Positions 1 through 9,571 of a stretch of DNA of 64,000 bases are shown here, piece after piece. Position numbers and translations under genes: made by a program. The notes under the pieces were generated by a model. That model ran no database searches. It had not been told where the DNA came from and saw nothing but the letters and a program-made list of their open reading frames with translations. Position 1 is the first letter of the stretch; each line of letters opens with the position of its first letter. The stretch covers positions 5,952,001 through 6,016,000 of the forward strand of contig OY843751.1 in assembly GCA_963693055.1 (NCBI GenBank). The letters are read 5' to 3'. The stretch is from a bacterium (lineage in GTDB: Bacteria > Zhuqueibacterota > Zhuqueibacteria > Residuimicrobiales > Krinioviventaceae).

Positions 1-33
1 AAATTAGATTTTTGAAAACCCAGGGAGTACCCT

Positions 34-2697
34 ATGAACAGTAAATCATTATTACTGCTTATATCTTTATTCATATCGACATTTCTTTTTGTAAACTGTG
101 GTGAAAAAGTAGATTACAGTCAACTGCCGGCTTATAAAAACCCTACTCTTTTAATAGAAGAACGTGTTGATGATCTTGTCAGCAGAATGACCCTAGAGCA
201 AAAAGCTTCGCAAATGGTTAACGATGCTCCGGCAATCCCTGAACTGGATATTCCTGCGTATAACTGGTGGAACGAATGTTTGCATGGTGTTGCACGTGCG
301 GGTAGAGCGACCGTGTTTCCACAGGCCATAGGTATTGCAGCCACCTGGGATACCAAGCACATGTATCAGGTTGCCACAGCCATATCCGATGAAGCAAGAG
401 CAAAACACCACAACTTTGTCAGGAACGGAAAACACGGAATCTATCAGGGTCTTACGTTTTGGTCACCCAACATTAATATTTTTCGTGATCCTCGTTGGGG
501 TCGGGGTATGGAAACCTATGGGGAAGATCCCTATCTTACCTCCCGCCTGGGTGTCAATTTCGTAAAAGGCTTACAGGGCAATCACCCAAAATATCTCAAA
601 GTTGTTGCTACCGTAAAACATTATGCTGTACATAGCGGTCCCGAACCCGATCGTCATACTTTTGATGCCAAAACCAGTGAACGGGATTTGAGAGATTTTT
701 ACCTTCCCCACTTTAGAACCACCATCATGGAGTCCAAGGCCTATTCTGTCATGTGTGCCTATAACCGTTACATGGGCGAAACCTGTTGCGGCAGTGATCG
801 ATTGGGCAACAAAATCCTTCGTGATGAATGGGGCTTTGATGGCTATGTGGTTTCCGATTGCGGTGCAATACGTGATTTCTGGAAATATCACAAAGTAGTA
901 GAAACCCGGCCCGAAGCCGCGGCACTGGCCGTAAAATCCGGTACCGATCTCAACTGCGGCAGCGAGTATCAACAACTGGTTGAGGCTGTTGAAAAAGGAT
1001 TAATTACTGAAGAAGAAATTGATGTCTCTCTGAAACGATTGTTTACAGCAAGATTCAAGCTGGGTATGTTTGATCCCGAAGACATGGTACCATATAGCAA
1101 GATACCATATGATATTGTAGATTGTAAAGCACATCGTGATCTTGCATTAGAGACTGCCAGAAAATCCATGGTACTGTTAAAAAATGACAACAATACCCTC
1201 CCTCTTTCAAAAAATCTAAAAACCATAGCGGTTATTGGTCCCAACACCAACGACCAGGAAGTTTTGCTTGGTAACTATAACGGTTATCCCACAAATCCTA
1301 TTACCCCGTTGCAGGGTATAATCGATAAAGTGGGTGATAACACTCAAGTCAATTACGCACTGGGATGTGAATGGGCAGCAGGTCTACCGGTTTTTGAAAT
1401 CATGCCGGACAGTGTGCTGTTTACCTTAGGCAAGGACGGCAAACGCGTTAACGGATTAAAAGCGGAATATTTTAAAAACAATGAGCTGGAAGGTGAACCG
1501 GTATTCACTCGCATCGATAAAAATGTAGACTTTAACTGGTGGGACAAATCACCGTCTGAAGAACTGGATGATGACAATTTCAGTATCCGTTGGAGCGGTG
1601 AATTTACAGCACCGGTAACCGGCAGCTATTCCATTGGTGGCGAAGCATTTAATGCTTTTAATCTCTATATCAATGGCGAAGAATTTGTTACCTTTAGCGA
1701 TACCCATCATGCAAACAAACGTTACGAAACCATAGACCTGATCAAGGGTGAAACATACCCCATTACTTTTGAATTTATGGAAAGACAGGGAGACGCCTTT
1801 GCGCATCTGATCTGGGCGCCACCGGGACGCGATTACGAATACGAAGCCATAGAAGCTGCCAAAGACGCAGATGTAATCGTACTGGTAATGGGTCTGTCCC
1901 CCCGCCTTGAAGGCGAAGAGATGCGGGTCAAAGTAGAGGGATTTGCCGGTGGTGACCGGCTTACACTCGACCTGCCCGCCATTCAGGAAAATCTGATGAA
2001 AACCCTGAACCGACTGGGTAAGCCCATGGTACTGGTGAACATGAGCGGTAGCGCGGTATCCATTAATTGGGCCGATGAAAACATACCCGCTATCTTACAA
2101 GCCTGGTATCCCGGTCAAGCAGCGGGACAAGCTATTGCCGATGTACTGTTTGGCGATTATAATCCGGGTGGGCGTTTGCCGGTTACCTTTTACAAGTCTG
2201 TTGATCAGCTTCCACCGTTCAAAGAGTACAACCTGGTGAACCAAACCTATCGTTATTTTGATGGTATGCCGTTATATGCCTTTGGTCATGGTATGTCATA
2301 TACCACGTTCCGCTATCATAACCTTGAATTACCGGAACAAATTGAATCGGGTGAAACGGTTAACATCTCAATTGAGGTAGAAAATACCGGTCAAATGGCT
2401 GGTGAAGAAGTTGTTCAACTCTATATATCGGATATAAAAGCGTCTGTTCCTACGCCTATTCGTACTTTGCAGGGATTCAAACGGATTTATCTGGAACCCG
2501 GTAAAACAAAAACCGTAAAATTCACCCTGGATCCGCGACAACTTTCATTTACCAATAAAGAAGATCTGCGTATTGTTGAACCGGGGTTGTTCAAAGTTTC
2601 AGTAGGTGGTAAACAACCGGACGTGCCTGGTCCCTCTACCACAGACGTAATAACCAGCCAGTTCGAGGTCACCGGCAAAACGTTTTATGTAGAATAA
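34..2697 (+). CDS. GH3 beta-glucosidase/beta-xylosidase with PA14 insert and Fn3-like C-terminus; probable lipoprotein
   Basis: WWNECLHG, WSPNINIFRDPRWGRGMETYGEDP, KHYAVHSGPE and VVSDCGAI (nucleophile Asp) motifs; PA14-like insert; lipobox-like FVNC. Confidence 0.93.
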   Translation: MNSKSLLLLISLFISTFLFVNCGEKVDYSQLPAYKNPTLLIEERVDDLVSRMTLEQKASQMVNDAPAIPELDIPAYNWWNECLHGVARAGRATVFPQAIGIAATWDTKHMYQVATAISDEARAKHHNFVRNGKHGIYQGLTFWSPNINIFRDPRWGRGMETYGEDPYLTSRLGVNFVKGLQGNHPKYLKVVATVKHYAVHSGPEPDRHTFDAKTSERDLRDFYLPHFRTTIMESKAYSVMCAYNRYMGETCCGSDRLGNKILRDEWGFDGYVVSDCGAIRDFWKYHKVVETRPEAAALAVKSGTDLNCGSEYQQLVEAVEKGLITEEEIDVSLKRLFTARFKLGMFDPEDMVPYSKIPYDIVDCKAHRDLALETARKSMVLLKNDNNTLPLSKNLKTIAVIGPNTNDQEVLLGNYNGYPTNPITPLQGIIDKVGDNTQVNYALGCEWAAGLPVFEIMPDSVLFTLGKDGKRVNGLKAEYFKNNELEGEPVFTRIDKNVDFNWWDKSPSEELDDDNFSIRWSGEFTAPVTGSYSIGGEAFNAFNLYINGEEFVTFSDTHHANKRYETIDLIKGETYPITFEFMERQGDAFAHLIWAPPGRDYEYEAIEAAKDADVIVLVMGLSPRLEGEEMRVKVEGFAGGDRLTLDLPAIQENLMKTLNRLGKPMVLVNMSGSAVSINWADENIPAILQAWYPGQAAGQAIADVLFGDYNPGGRLPVTFYKSVDQLPPFKEYNLVNQTYRYFDGMPLYAFGHGMSYTTFRYHNLELPEQIESGETVNISIEVENTGQMAGEEVVQLYISDIKASVPTPIRTLQGFKRIYLEPGKTKTVKFTLDPRQLSFTNKEDLRIVEPGLFKVSVGGKQPDVPGPSTTDVITSQFEVTGKTFYVE

Positions 2698-2719
2698 ATA
2701 CCTGAACAAACTCAAATTT

Positions 2720-2752
2720 AAACGTGGCAGAAGAACCTCTGTCACGTTTTTT
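2720..2752 (+). terminator. intrinsic terminator after GH3 gene
   Basis: AAACGTGGCAGA/TCTGTCACGTTT stem followed by a T run. Confidence 0.65.
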
Positions 2753-2779
2753 ATTAGACATAATAAAAAAAAGCTTTCA

Positions 2780-3233
2780 GCCCACGGATAACACAGATAA
2801 TCACAGATTTTATAAAAGTATTTACCGTTTATACTCTACTTTAGGATATTGTCCAAAATTTACAAGCAATCCTAATTTAAAATTTGTTGCATTCAGATAA
2901 TTTAATACCTGTGATTGATGTTCTTTCAATAATTGAGATACAGACTTGATCTCTACTATTATTTTACCATAACAAATAAAATCTGGTTTGAATGTTTTAT
3001 TTAATATCATGTTTCGATATGTTAACTGAATTTCTTTTTGCGAACAAAAAGGAATTTGTTGATATTGAAATTCAATTTCCAGACACTCTTGATATACTGC
3101 TTCAAGAAAACCAGATCCCATTTGATTATAAACCTGAAAACAGGCACCTAATATTTTATAACTTTCCTTGTTATAAATCAAATCATTCATAATTCCCCCT
3201 TTTAATTCGTGCATATTCGTGATATTCGTGGGC
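2780..3233. repeat. imperfect 30-bp inverted repeats (3x 9-10 bp CAC-unit tandem) bracketing the GxxExxY gene
   Basis: 2780-2809 GCCCACGGATAACACAGATAATCACAGATT vs reverse complement of 3204-3233 GCCCACGAATATCACGAATATGCACGAATT; 22/30 identical by hand. Confidence 0.75.
2822..3190 (-). CDS. GxxExxY protein (PD-(D/E)XK nuclease superfamily)
   Basis: GSGFLEAVY signature, FKPDFICYGKIIVEIKS, QVLNYL, LGLLVNFG; likely start ATG 3190 after a GGGGG RBS (the ORF track extends to 3235). Confidence 0.92.
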   Translation of the reverse strand: MNDLIYNKESYKILGACFQVYNQMGSGFLEAVYQECLEIEFQYQQIPFCSQKEIQLTYRNMILNKTFKPDFICYGKIIVEIKSVSQLLKEHQSQVLNYLNATNFKLGLLVNFGQYPKVEYKR

Positions 3234-3408
3234 ATCTTTTACATTTATGTATCCTTCATGATATTTAAATTATGTAGATAAATCTCTGTGATATTATATT
3301 ACAAAATTTAATTTATTGCAATCCCTTTTAAATCAAAAACAGAAATCCCCTCTTGCAGAATTTCATAATTATTTGTAATATGGGGTTCACAAATTTATAA
3401 AAACAAAT

Positions 3409-3825
3409 ATGATCGAAATCAATCCTACAACCTTTATAGACGAGTCAGAACTCTCGTTTTCAACTTCCCGCAGTGGTGGTCCAGGCGGTCAGCATGTGAA
3501 CAAGGTCAATACCAAGGTGTTGCTGGAATTTGACGTATTGAATTCGCAGTACTTGTCGGATGATCAAAAAGCTCGTATTCAGGAAAAGCTCAGCAACCGC
3601 ATGACCAAAGAGGGAATCCTGCAAATCACCTCGCAGGATTCGCGTAGTCAGTACGCCAACAAGGAAGACGCGATCGAAAAATTTACCGACCTTTTACGAG
3701 AGTCACTCAAAACCCGTCCCAAAAGGCGCAGAACCCGCATCTCAAAGGCCGCAAAACAAAGACGCTTGGATTCAAAAAAACACCGCAGCTCTATCAAACA
3801 AAATCGGGGACGCATACGCTTTTAA
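3409..3825 (+). CDS. arfB: alternative ribosome rescue peptidyl-tRNA hydrolase ArfB
   Basis: RSGGPGGQHVNKVNTKV (GGQ motif), RSQYANK, basic C-terminal tail. Confidence 0.95.
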   Translation: MIEINPTTFIDESELSFSTSRSGGPGGQHVNKVNTKVLLEFDVLNSQYLSDDQKARIQEKLSNRMTKEGILQITSQDSRSQYANKEDAIEKFTDLLRESLKTRPKRRRTRISKAAKQRRLDSKKHRSSIKQNRGRIRF

Positions 3826-3904
3826 CCGCAATAGCCGCCAGATTTAAAATAAATATTGCATATCAGTTCAAAAACTTATACACTGTAATGATGTTTGTTT
3901 AATC

Positions 3905-5422
3905 ATGGAGGTTATTCGTATGTCAAATTTATATAAATTTTCCCGCCGTAATTTTATCCAAACCACAACTACTGCTGCATTTTCCGCTCCCTTTTTCAAT
4001 TGCGGAAAAACCGGTGTAAGCAAACCCATAACCCGTCCCTTTGGCAAACTCGATTTAGAGGTCACCACATTGGGCCTGGGCGGTCAGGCGTCCATCCAGT
4101 GGACACCGGAAGGAATAGATCCCACTGCTATTATCCATAAAGCATTTGAGAAAAAAATAAACTATTATGATACATCCAACCTATACGGTCCCAGTCAACT
4201 CAATTACGGAAAAGCGTTTCGGGAACTGGATCTCATACCCGGAAAATCGGGATACAATGAAGCGTTGCGCAAATCCATCTTTTTAACCAGCAAAACCCGA
4301 ATCCGCTGGGGCAAAGGCGGTTATGAATACAAGGGTGTTAGAAACGGTACCAACGGTCCTGAAGGATCCTTGGCAATCGACGATGTAAAACGCTCACTCA
4401 GCCAGATCTATGGAGACGGTAAAGGCAATTACCCCAAAGGTGCCTATCTGGATATGGTGCTCATTCACAGCATCCGCCGCCTGGAAGAACTGGATGTTCT
4501 CTTTATGGGACTGGATAATACCTCACCAACAGAAGAGCATATCGGTGCACTAGCGGCTCTTCGCGATGTTCGTGACGGCACCAACCTGACCGGCATGAAT
4601 CCCAAAGAGGAAAAGCTGATTCGCCATATCGGTTTCTCCGGCCATTACTCTGCACCGGTGATGATGGAATTTATCCGTCGTGATAAAGATAATATCCTTG
4701 ACGGTATGCTGGTTGCCATTAACAGCAATGACCGGTTGTACATGAACATGCGGCACAATGTAATTCCCGTTGCGGAAGCCAAAAACATGGGCGTGATCGC
4801 TATGAAAGTCTTTGCAGATGGAGCCATGTACAGCAAGGGTGCGCATTTTTCCAATAAACCGGAACATGTCATCCGCAGTGTGGGCACACAAGATCTACCC
4901 AGTCGCCCGCTGATCGAGTACAGTCTTTCCACTCCAGGAGTGCATACCGGTATTATTGGTATTGGTCAGATCGACAATGTTGATCCGAAAAAATGCCAGC
5001 TTGAGCAAAACCTGTCCGCAGCCCAGATTGCAGTGAATGGATTGAGTGCGACCGAGCGCGAACAGATCGAAACCCTGACAAGCCCCATCAAAGACGGCAA
5101 GACCAACTATTTTCAAATTGAGGAAGGCGGTCTCAGCGCAGTGAACGATCCCAATATTGAGCAAAAAGTTGTCGAGGGAAAACGTAACATATTGCTTAGC
5201 TGGAATACAGCATATGCAGGTAACGATCCGGTTAAGGCCTATGAAATCTGGCGAGACAATCAGAAAATCGCCGAGGTTGCACACAAACCCCAAACAACCC
5301 AAACGCCATTTCAATACAAAGATGAACTAAACAATACAGCCGAAATCAAGTATCAGATCAAAACGATTGATACTGCTGGGAATGCGGCATCAACAGAAAT
5401 ACTGAATTTAAAATCCGTATAA
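3905..5422 (+). CDS. Tat-exported aldo/keto reductase family protein with C-terminal Fn3-like domain
   Basis: SRRNFI Tat motif; LGLGG, YYDTSNLYG, IRHIGFSGH and MGVIAMK AKR motifs; C-terminal LSWN..YEIWRD..YQIKTID Fn3 pattern; start may be 3920. Confidence 0.8.
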   Translation: MEVIRMSNLYKFSRRNFIQTTTTAAFSAPFFNCGKTGVSKPITRPFGKLDLEVTTLGLGGQASIQWTPEGIDPTAIIHKAFEKKINYYDTSNLYGPSQLNYGKAFRELDLIPGKSGYNEALRKSIFLTSKTRIRWGKGGYEYKGVRNGTNGPEGSLAIDDVKRSLSQIYGDGKGNYPKGAYLDMVLIHSIRRLEELDVLFMGLDNTSPTEEHIGALAALRDVRDGTNLTGMNPKEEKLIRHIGFSGHYSAPVMMEFIRRDKDNILDGMLVAINSNDRLYMNMRHNVIPVAEAKNMGVIAMKVFADGAMYSKGAHFSNKPEHVIRSVGTQDLPSRPLIEYSLSTPGVHTGIIGIGQIDNVDPKKCQLEQNLSAAQIAVNGLSATEREQIETLTSPIKDGKTNYFQIEEGGLSAVNDPNIEQKVVEGKRNILLSWNTAYAGNDPVKAYEIWRDNQKIAEVAHKPQTTQTPFQYKDELNNTAEIKYQIKTIDTAGNAASTEILNLKSV

Positions 5423-5438
5423 ATCCTTCGGAGATTGA

Positions 5439-6818
5439 ATGCAATCTACACGACGTTCTTTTATGAAACGCATGGGCCTCTCCCTTTTGGGAGCGGCCAC
5501 CATGCCATTGGCCTGTGCAGCACCTAAAAAGCAGCCCAACTTTATTATCTTTATCTCGGACGATGTAAGCTGGAACGATATCGGTGCCTATGGACATCCC
5601 CATATAAAGACACCCAACATTGATAGAATGGCTAAAGAAGGTGTAAAATTCACCAATGCGTTTCTAACTATCAGCTCTTGCAGCCCCAGCCGCTGCAGTA
5701 TCATGACCGGCAGGTATCCACATTCAACCAGTGCCGGTGAACTGCATATGCCGCTGCCATCGGACCAGGTTGTATTTGCGGGATTGTTAAAAAACGCCGG
5801 GTATTATACAGCCAGTTCCGGGAAATGGCATATGGGTGAAGCGGCCAAAGTTAATTTTGATCGTATTGAAGATGGGCATCCCAGCGGATGTGAATACTGG
5901 GAACAGGTAGTACAGGAACGTCCCAAAGACCAACCCTTTTTTATGTGGTTTGCCTCTTTTGACGCACACCGGGGTTATGAGGAGAATTGCATCCCAAATC
6001 CGCACAAGCCGGAGGATGTGATCGTCCCGCCCTTTCTACCAGACAATGCCGAAACCCGCAAAGACCTAGCGCTTTATTACGATGAAATCTCAAGGCTGGA
6101 CAGTTATATGGGCAAAGTGTTCAAATTGCTAAAAGACCAGGGAGAACTGGACAATACCTTTATGCTGTTCCTGGGTGACAATGGCAGGCCTTTCCCCCGC
6201 TGTAAAACCCGCTTGTACGACAGTGGAATTCAAACTCCTTTTATCATCCGTTACCCCGCACTTGTTCAAGCTAATAGCGTTCGAGACAACCTTGTCAGCT
6301 CCGTGGATATTGCTCCTACCATCTTGGAACTGGCCGGACTGGATGCATCCCCCTCTTTTCAAGGTAAATCTTTTGTCGCCATGCTAAAAAAGGATTCCAC
6401 ATCTATACGGGATTATGTTTTTGCCGAACACAACTGGCACGACTATCAGGCACATGAACGATCCGCAAGAAATAAAAAATATCTCTATATACGCAACAGC
6501 TTTCCGCAATTTAATGGTAATCCACCGGCAGATGCGGTCCGAAGCATTACATATCGTAAAATGCTGGAATTACAAGATCAGGGAAATCTGTCTCCCGGTC
6601 AACAGGATTGTTTTATTTCTCCTCGTCCAAAAGAAGAATTATATGATATAATACAGGATCCCAATTCATTTAAAAACCTGGTTGGCAATCAAAAATATGC
6701 AAACGTACTGGCTAAAATGCGGTCTGCTCTGGATGATTGGATCAAACAAACGGATGACAAGATACCAGACAAGCCAACCCCGGACAAATTCCACCGCCAA
6801 ACAGGTAAAAAATTGTAA
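5439..6818 (+). CDS. sulfatase (N-sulfoglucosamine sulfohydrolase-like), Tat signal
   Basis: TRRSFMK; PNFIIFISDD; CSPSRCSIMTGRY (CxPxR); GKWH; GDNG. Confidence 0.93.
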   Translation: MQSTRRSFMKRMGLSLLGAATMPLACAAPKKQPNFIIFISDDVSWNDIGAYGHPHIKTPNIDRMAKEGVKFTNAFLTISSCSPSRCSIMTGRYPHSTSAGELHMPLPSDQVVFAGLLKNAGYYTASSGKWHMGEAAKVNFDRIEDGHPSGCEYWEQVVQERPKDQPFFMWFASFDAHRGYEENCIPNPHKPEDVIVPPFLPDNAETRKDLALYYDEISRLDSYMGKVFKLLKDQGELDNTFMLFLGDNGRPFPRCKTRLYDSGIQTPFIIRYPALVQANSVRDNLVSSVDIAPTILELAGLDASPSFQGKSFVAMLKKDSTSIRDYVFAEHNWHDYQAHERSARNKKYLYIRNSFPQFNGNPPADAVRSITYRKMLELQDQGNLSPGQQDCFISPRPKEELYDIIQDPNSFKNLVGNQKYANVLAKMRSALDDWIKQTDDKIPDKPTPDKFHRQTGKKL

Positions 6819-7035
6819 GAAAATTGACGAATTTCATAAAATCGTTTGTAAATTTCTTCTAAATTATTAATTTCCCTAGGGATGTATTTTCATTTCATCC
6901 CAACTTTCCCTGTTTTATAAATCGGTTCATTTCAATCTATATTACATTGCTATCAAGAGATTCACGTGATTCATATTACAGTTTATAATAAATGCTTTCA
7001 CATAAATCATCACCCGAACCCTTTAAGGAGTTGCA

Positions 7036-9399
7036 ATGAAAATTAAATTTTCAATCCGTTTCATTATAGCAGTATGTTTGATGGGTTCTTTTCTTTTTGC
7101 ACAGGATGCGGGAAAATCCGTCGAGCAAAAGGCAAAAGATCTCGTTTCAAAATTAACTTTGGAAGAAAAAGTTGCCCTGACCGTTGGCGATGGACGGTTC
7201 CTGCCAAATGCCGAAAAGCTTGAAGAAAATACAACAGAACAGTACATTGCAAATCGAAAATCCAAAATGCTTATTCCCCGTTTGGGAATCAAAAATACCG
7301 CATTAACCGATGGCCCTTGTGGTATCAATAAAGGTAATGAAAACAAAGGCGAACCGGGATACCTGTATACTACTTCTTTTCCCACACCCACCTGCATGGC
7401 TGCTACCTGGAACGTTGATCTGGTAAAAAAAGCAGGTATGGCCTTTGGTAATGAATTGATTGAATACGATTATGATCTGGTATTAATGCCTGCATTAAAC
7501 CTTCATCGTAATCCCAATTGCGGAAGAAATTTTGAATATTATTCCGAAGATCCTCTTCTTTCTGGTAAAATGGCTGCATCAATGGTACTCGGCTTGCAAG
7601 ACAATGGTGTAGGCGCTACCCTCAAACATTTTGTAGCAAACAACCAGGAATCGAATCGTAGAAAATACAATGCGGTTATCAGTCAACGCGCTTTACGGGA
7701 AATCTATTTACGCGGTTTTGAGATTGCTGTAAAAGAAGCAAGACCCAAAGCCATGATGACGGCATACAACAAACTCAACGGTTTTTATACCGCAGAGATC
7801 TCCGGAATGCTACATGACATTGTACGCAAAGAATGGGGTTTTGAAGGTCTGTTCATGACTGACTTTGACGGCCATTTTGGCGATGCCGTAGCCAAAGTAA
7901 GAGCAGGTAACAATCTGCTTATGAGCGGCAGCGAACGCGAGCTGAACGAACTCACCAACGCTTTGAAAAACAAAGAGCTTGATGAAAGTATGCTTGATAA
8001 TAATTTGTACTATAACATGAAATTAAAGCTTTCTTCTCCAAGCATGAATGGCAACAAACCCTCCTTTAAACCAGACCTGGAAGCACATGCGCAGGTAGCA
8101 CGTGAAGCCGCCAGCGAAGGTATGGTTCTGTTGAAAAATGACAACAAAACTCTGCCTCTCAAAAAGAAACAAAAAGTTGCTCTGTTTGGCAAGATTGGTT
8201 ACCACCTGATTCCCTTTGGAACAGGCAGCGGGAGTGTTCGCAGTTACAAACACGCGACATCGATTAACGAAGGTTTAAAAGCCGCGGGATTCAAGGTACT
8301 CAAAGAGATGGAAGAAAATTACGTAAATTACATTGAAAAAATCAAACGCGAAAACCTGGTACCCCCCTATTTTGATAACCCCAAAATGCGTAAAGACAAT
8401 GGCATAACCGGCAATCAATCTCCTCAGCATTTCAAAGAAAGACTGGTTGCTTTTAGTGTTGAACAACGTGTTCCCAGAGCAGATATTGAAAAATACGAAT
8501 CAAAATCTGACCTCGCTGTAATAACCCTGGGTAGAAGTGCCGGTGAAAACTATGAAAACGGTTATCTGCCCATCACCGAGATCGAAATGGACCTGGTAAA
8601 AAATGTAAGCGATATTTTCCACGCTGCGGGCAAAAAAGTAATTGTAGTGCTCAATGTTGGCGGTGTTTGGGAAACTGCAAGCTGGAGAGACTATGTGGAT
8701 GCGATCTTGTTAGCATGGCAGCCGGGACAAGAAGGCGGAAATGCTGTTGCCGATATTTTCGCGGGTAAAGTCAATCCTTCCGGCAAACTGCCTGACTCTT
8801 TTCCACTAAAATATGAGGATGTACCTTCAGCCGATACATTTCCCGGTGAACCTGCAGATGAACCTGTCGTTTCCCTGTACAATGACGGTATCTTTGTCGG
8901 TTATCGCTATTATGATACATTCGATGTACCCACTGCTTACGAGTTTGGATTTGGATTGTCTTATACCACCTTTGAATTTTCTGACCTGAAATTAAGCAGC
9001 AATAAATTTAATAATAAATTGCAAGTTTCGGTAACAGTTAAAAACACCGGCAAAGTAGCAGGAAAAGAAGTTGCGCAACTCTATCTCTCTGCTCCTACGC
9101 AAGAAATTTACAAACCTGTTCATGAACTTAAAGGTTTTGCTAAAACCAAATTACTGAAACCCGGCCAAAGCCAGACTCTTTCTTTTGAACTGGATGAGCG
9201 CGCCCTCGCTTCTTTCTGGAGCGGAATTGATGCCTGGGTAGCAGACAAGGGCGAGTACAAGGTACAGATTGGTGCTTCCTCAAAAGATATACGTCTTGAA
9301 GATTCATTTACTTTAGCAAATCAGATCATCGTTGAAAAAGTCCATGATGTTCTTTATCCAAACTTTATCTTGCACGAAATTACACCATCTAGTAAATAA
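7036..9399 (+). CDS. GH3 beta-glucosidase, secreted
   Basis: signal peptide; TDGP, GRNFEYYSEDP, KHFVANNQE, FMTDF; Fn3-like GKEVAQLY. Confidence 0.93.
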   Translation: MKIKFSIRFIIAVCLMGSFLFAQDAGKSVEQKAKDLVSKLTLEEKVALTVGDGRFLPNAEKLEENTTEQYIANRKSKMLIPRLGIKNTALTDGPCGINKGNENKGEPGYLYTTSFPTPTCMAATWNVDLVKKAGMAFGNELIEYDYDLVLMPALNLHRNPNCGRNFEYYSEDPLLSGKMAASMVLGLQDNGVGATLKHFVANNQESNRRKYNAVISQRALREIYLRGFEIAVKEARPKAMMTAYNKLNGFYTAEISGMLHDIVRKEWGFEGLFMTDFDGHFGDAVAKVRAGNNLLMSGSERELNELTNALKNKELDESMLDNNLYYNMKLKLSSPSMNGNKPSFKPDLEAHAQVAREAASEGMVLLKNDNKTLPLKKKQKVALFGKIGYHLIPFGTGSGSVRSYKHATSINEGLKAAGFKVLKEMEENYVNYIEKIKRENLVPPYFDNPKMRKDNGITGNQSPQHFKERLVAFSVEQRVPRADIEKYESKSDLAVITLGRSAGENYENGYLPITEIEMDLVKNVSDIFHAAGKKVIVVLNVGGVWETASWRDYVDAILLAWQPGQEGGNAVADIFAGKVNPSGKLPDSFPLKYEDVPSADTFPGEPADEPVVSLYNDGIFVGYRYYDTFDVPTAYEFGFGLSYTTFEFSDLKLSSNKFNNKLQVSVTVKNTGKVAGKEVAQLYLSAPTQEIYKPVHELKGFAKTKLLKPGQSQTLSFELDERALASFWSGIDAWVADKGEYKVQIGASSKDIRLEDSFTLANQIIVEKVHDVLYPNFILHEITPSSK

Positions 9400-9417
9400 C
9401 AATTAACACCTCTATTC

Positions 9418-9464
9418 TGAACACAACGGAGATAATGATGGTCTCCGTTGTGTTCATTTTTTTT
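9418..9464 (+). terminator. intrinsic terminator
   Basis: 15-bp perfect stem TGAACACAACGGAGA/TCTCCGTTGTGTTCA followed by T8. Confidence 0.8.
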
Positions 9465-9571
9465 ATCTAAACTGTTATTATGCAATACAGGAAAAGTCTC
9501 TTTTGTACATTATCCCTCCCAAAACGGTAACCCTGTTAAAAGTGTCTCTTTTGTAAAAGGAATAAAAGGCA

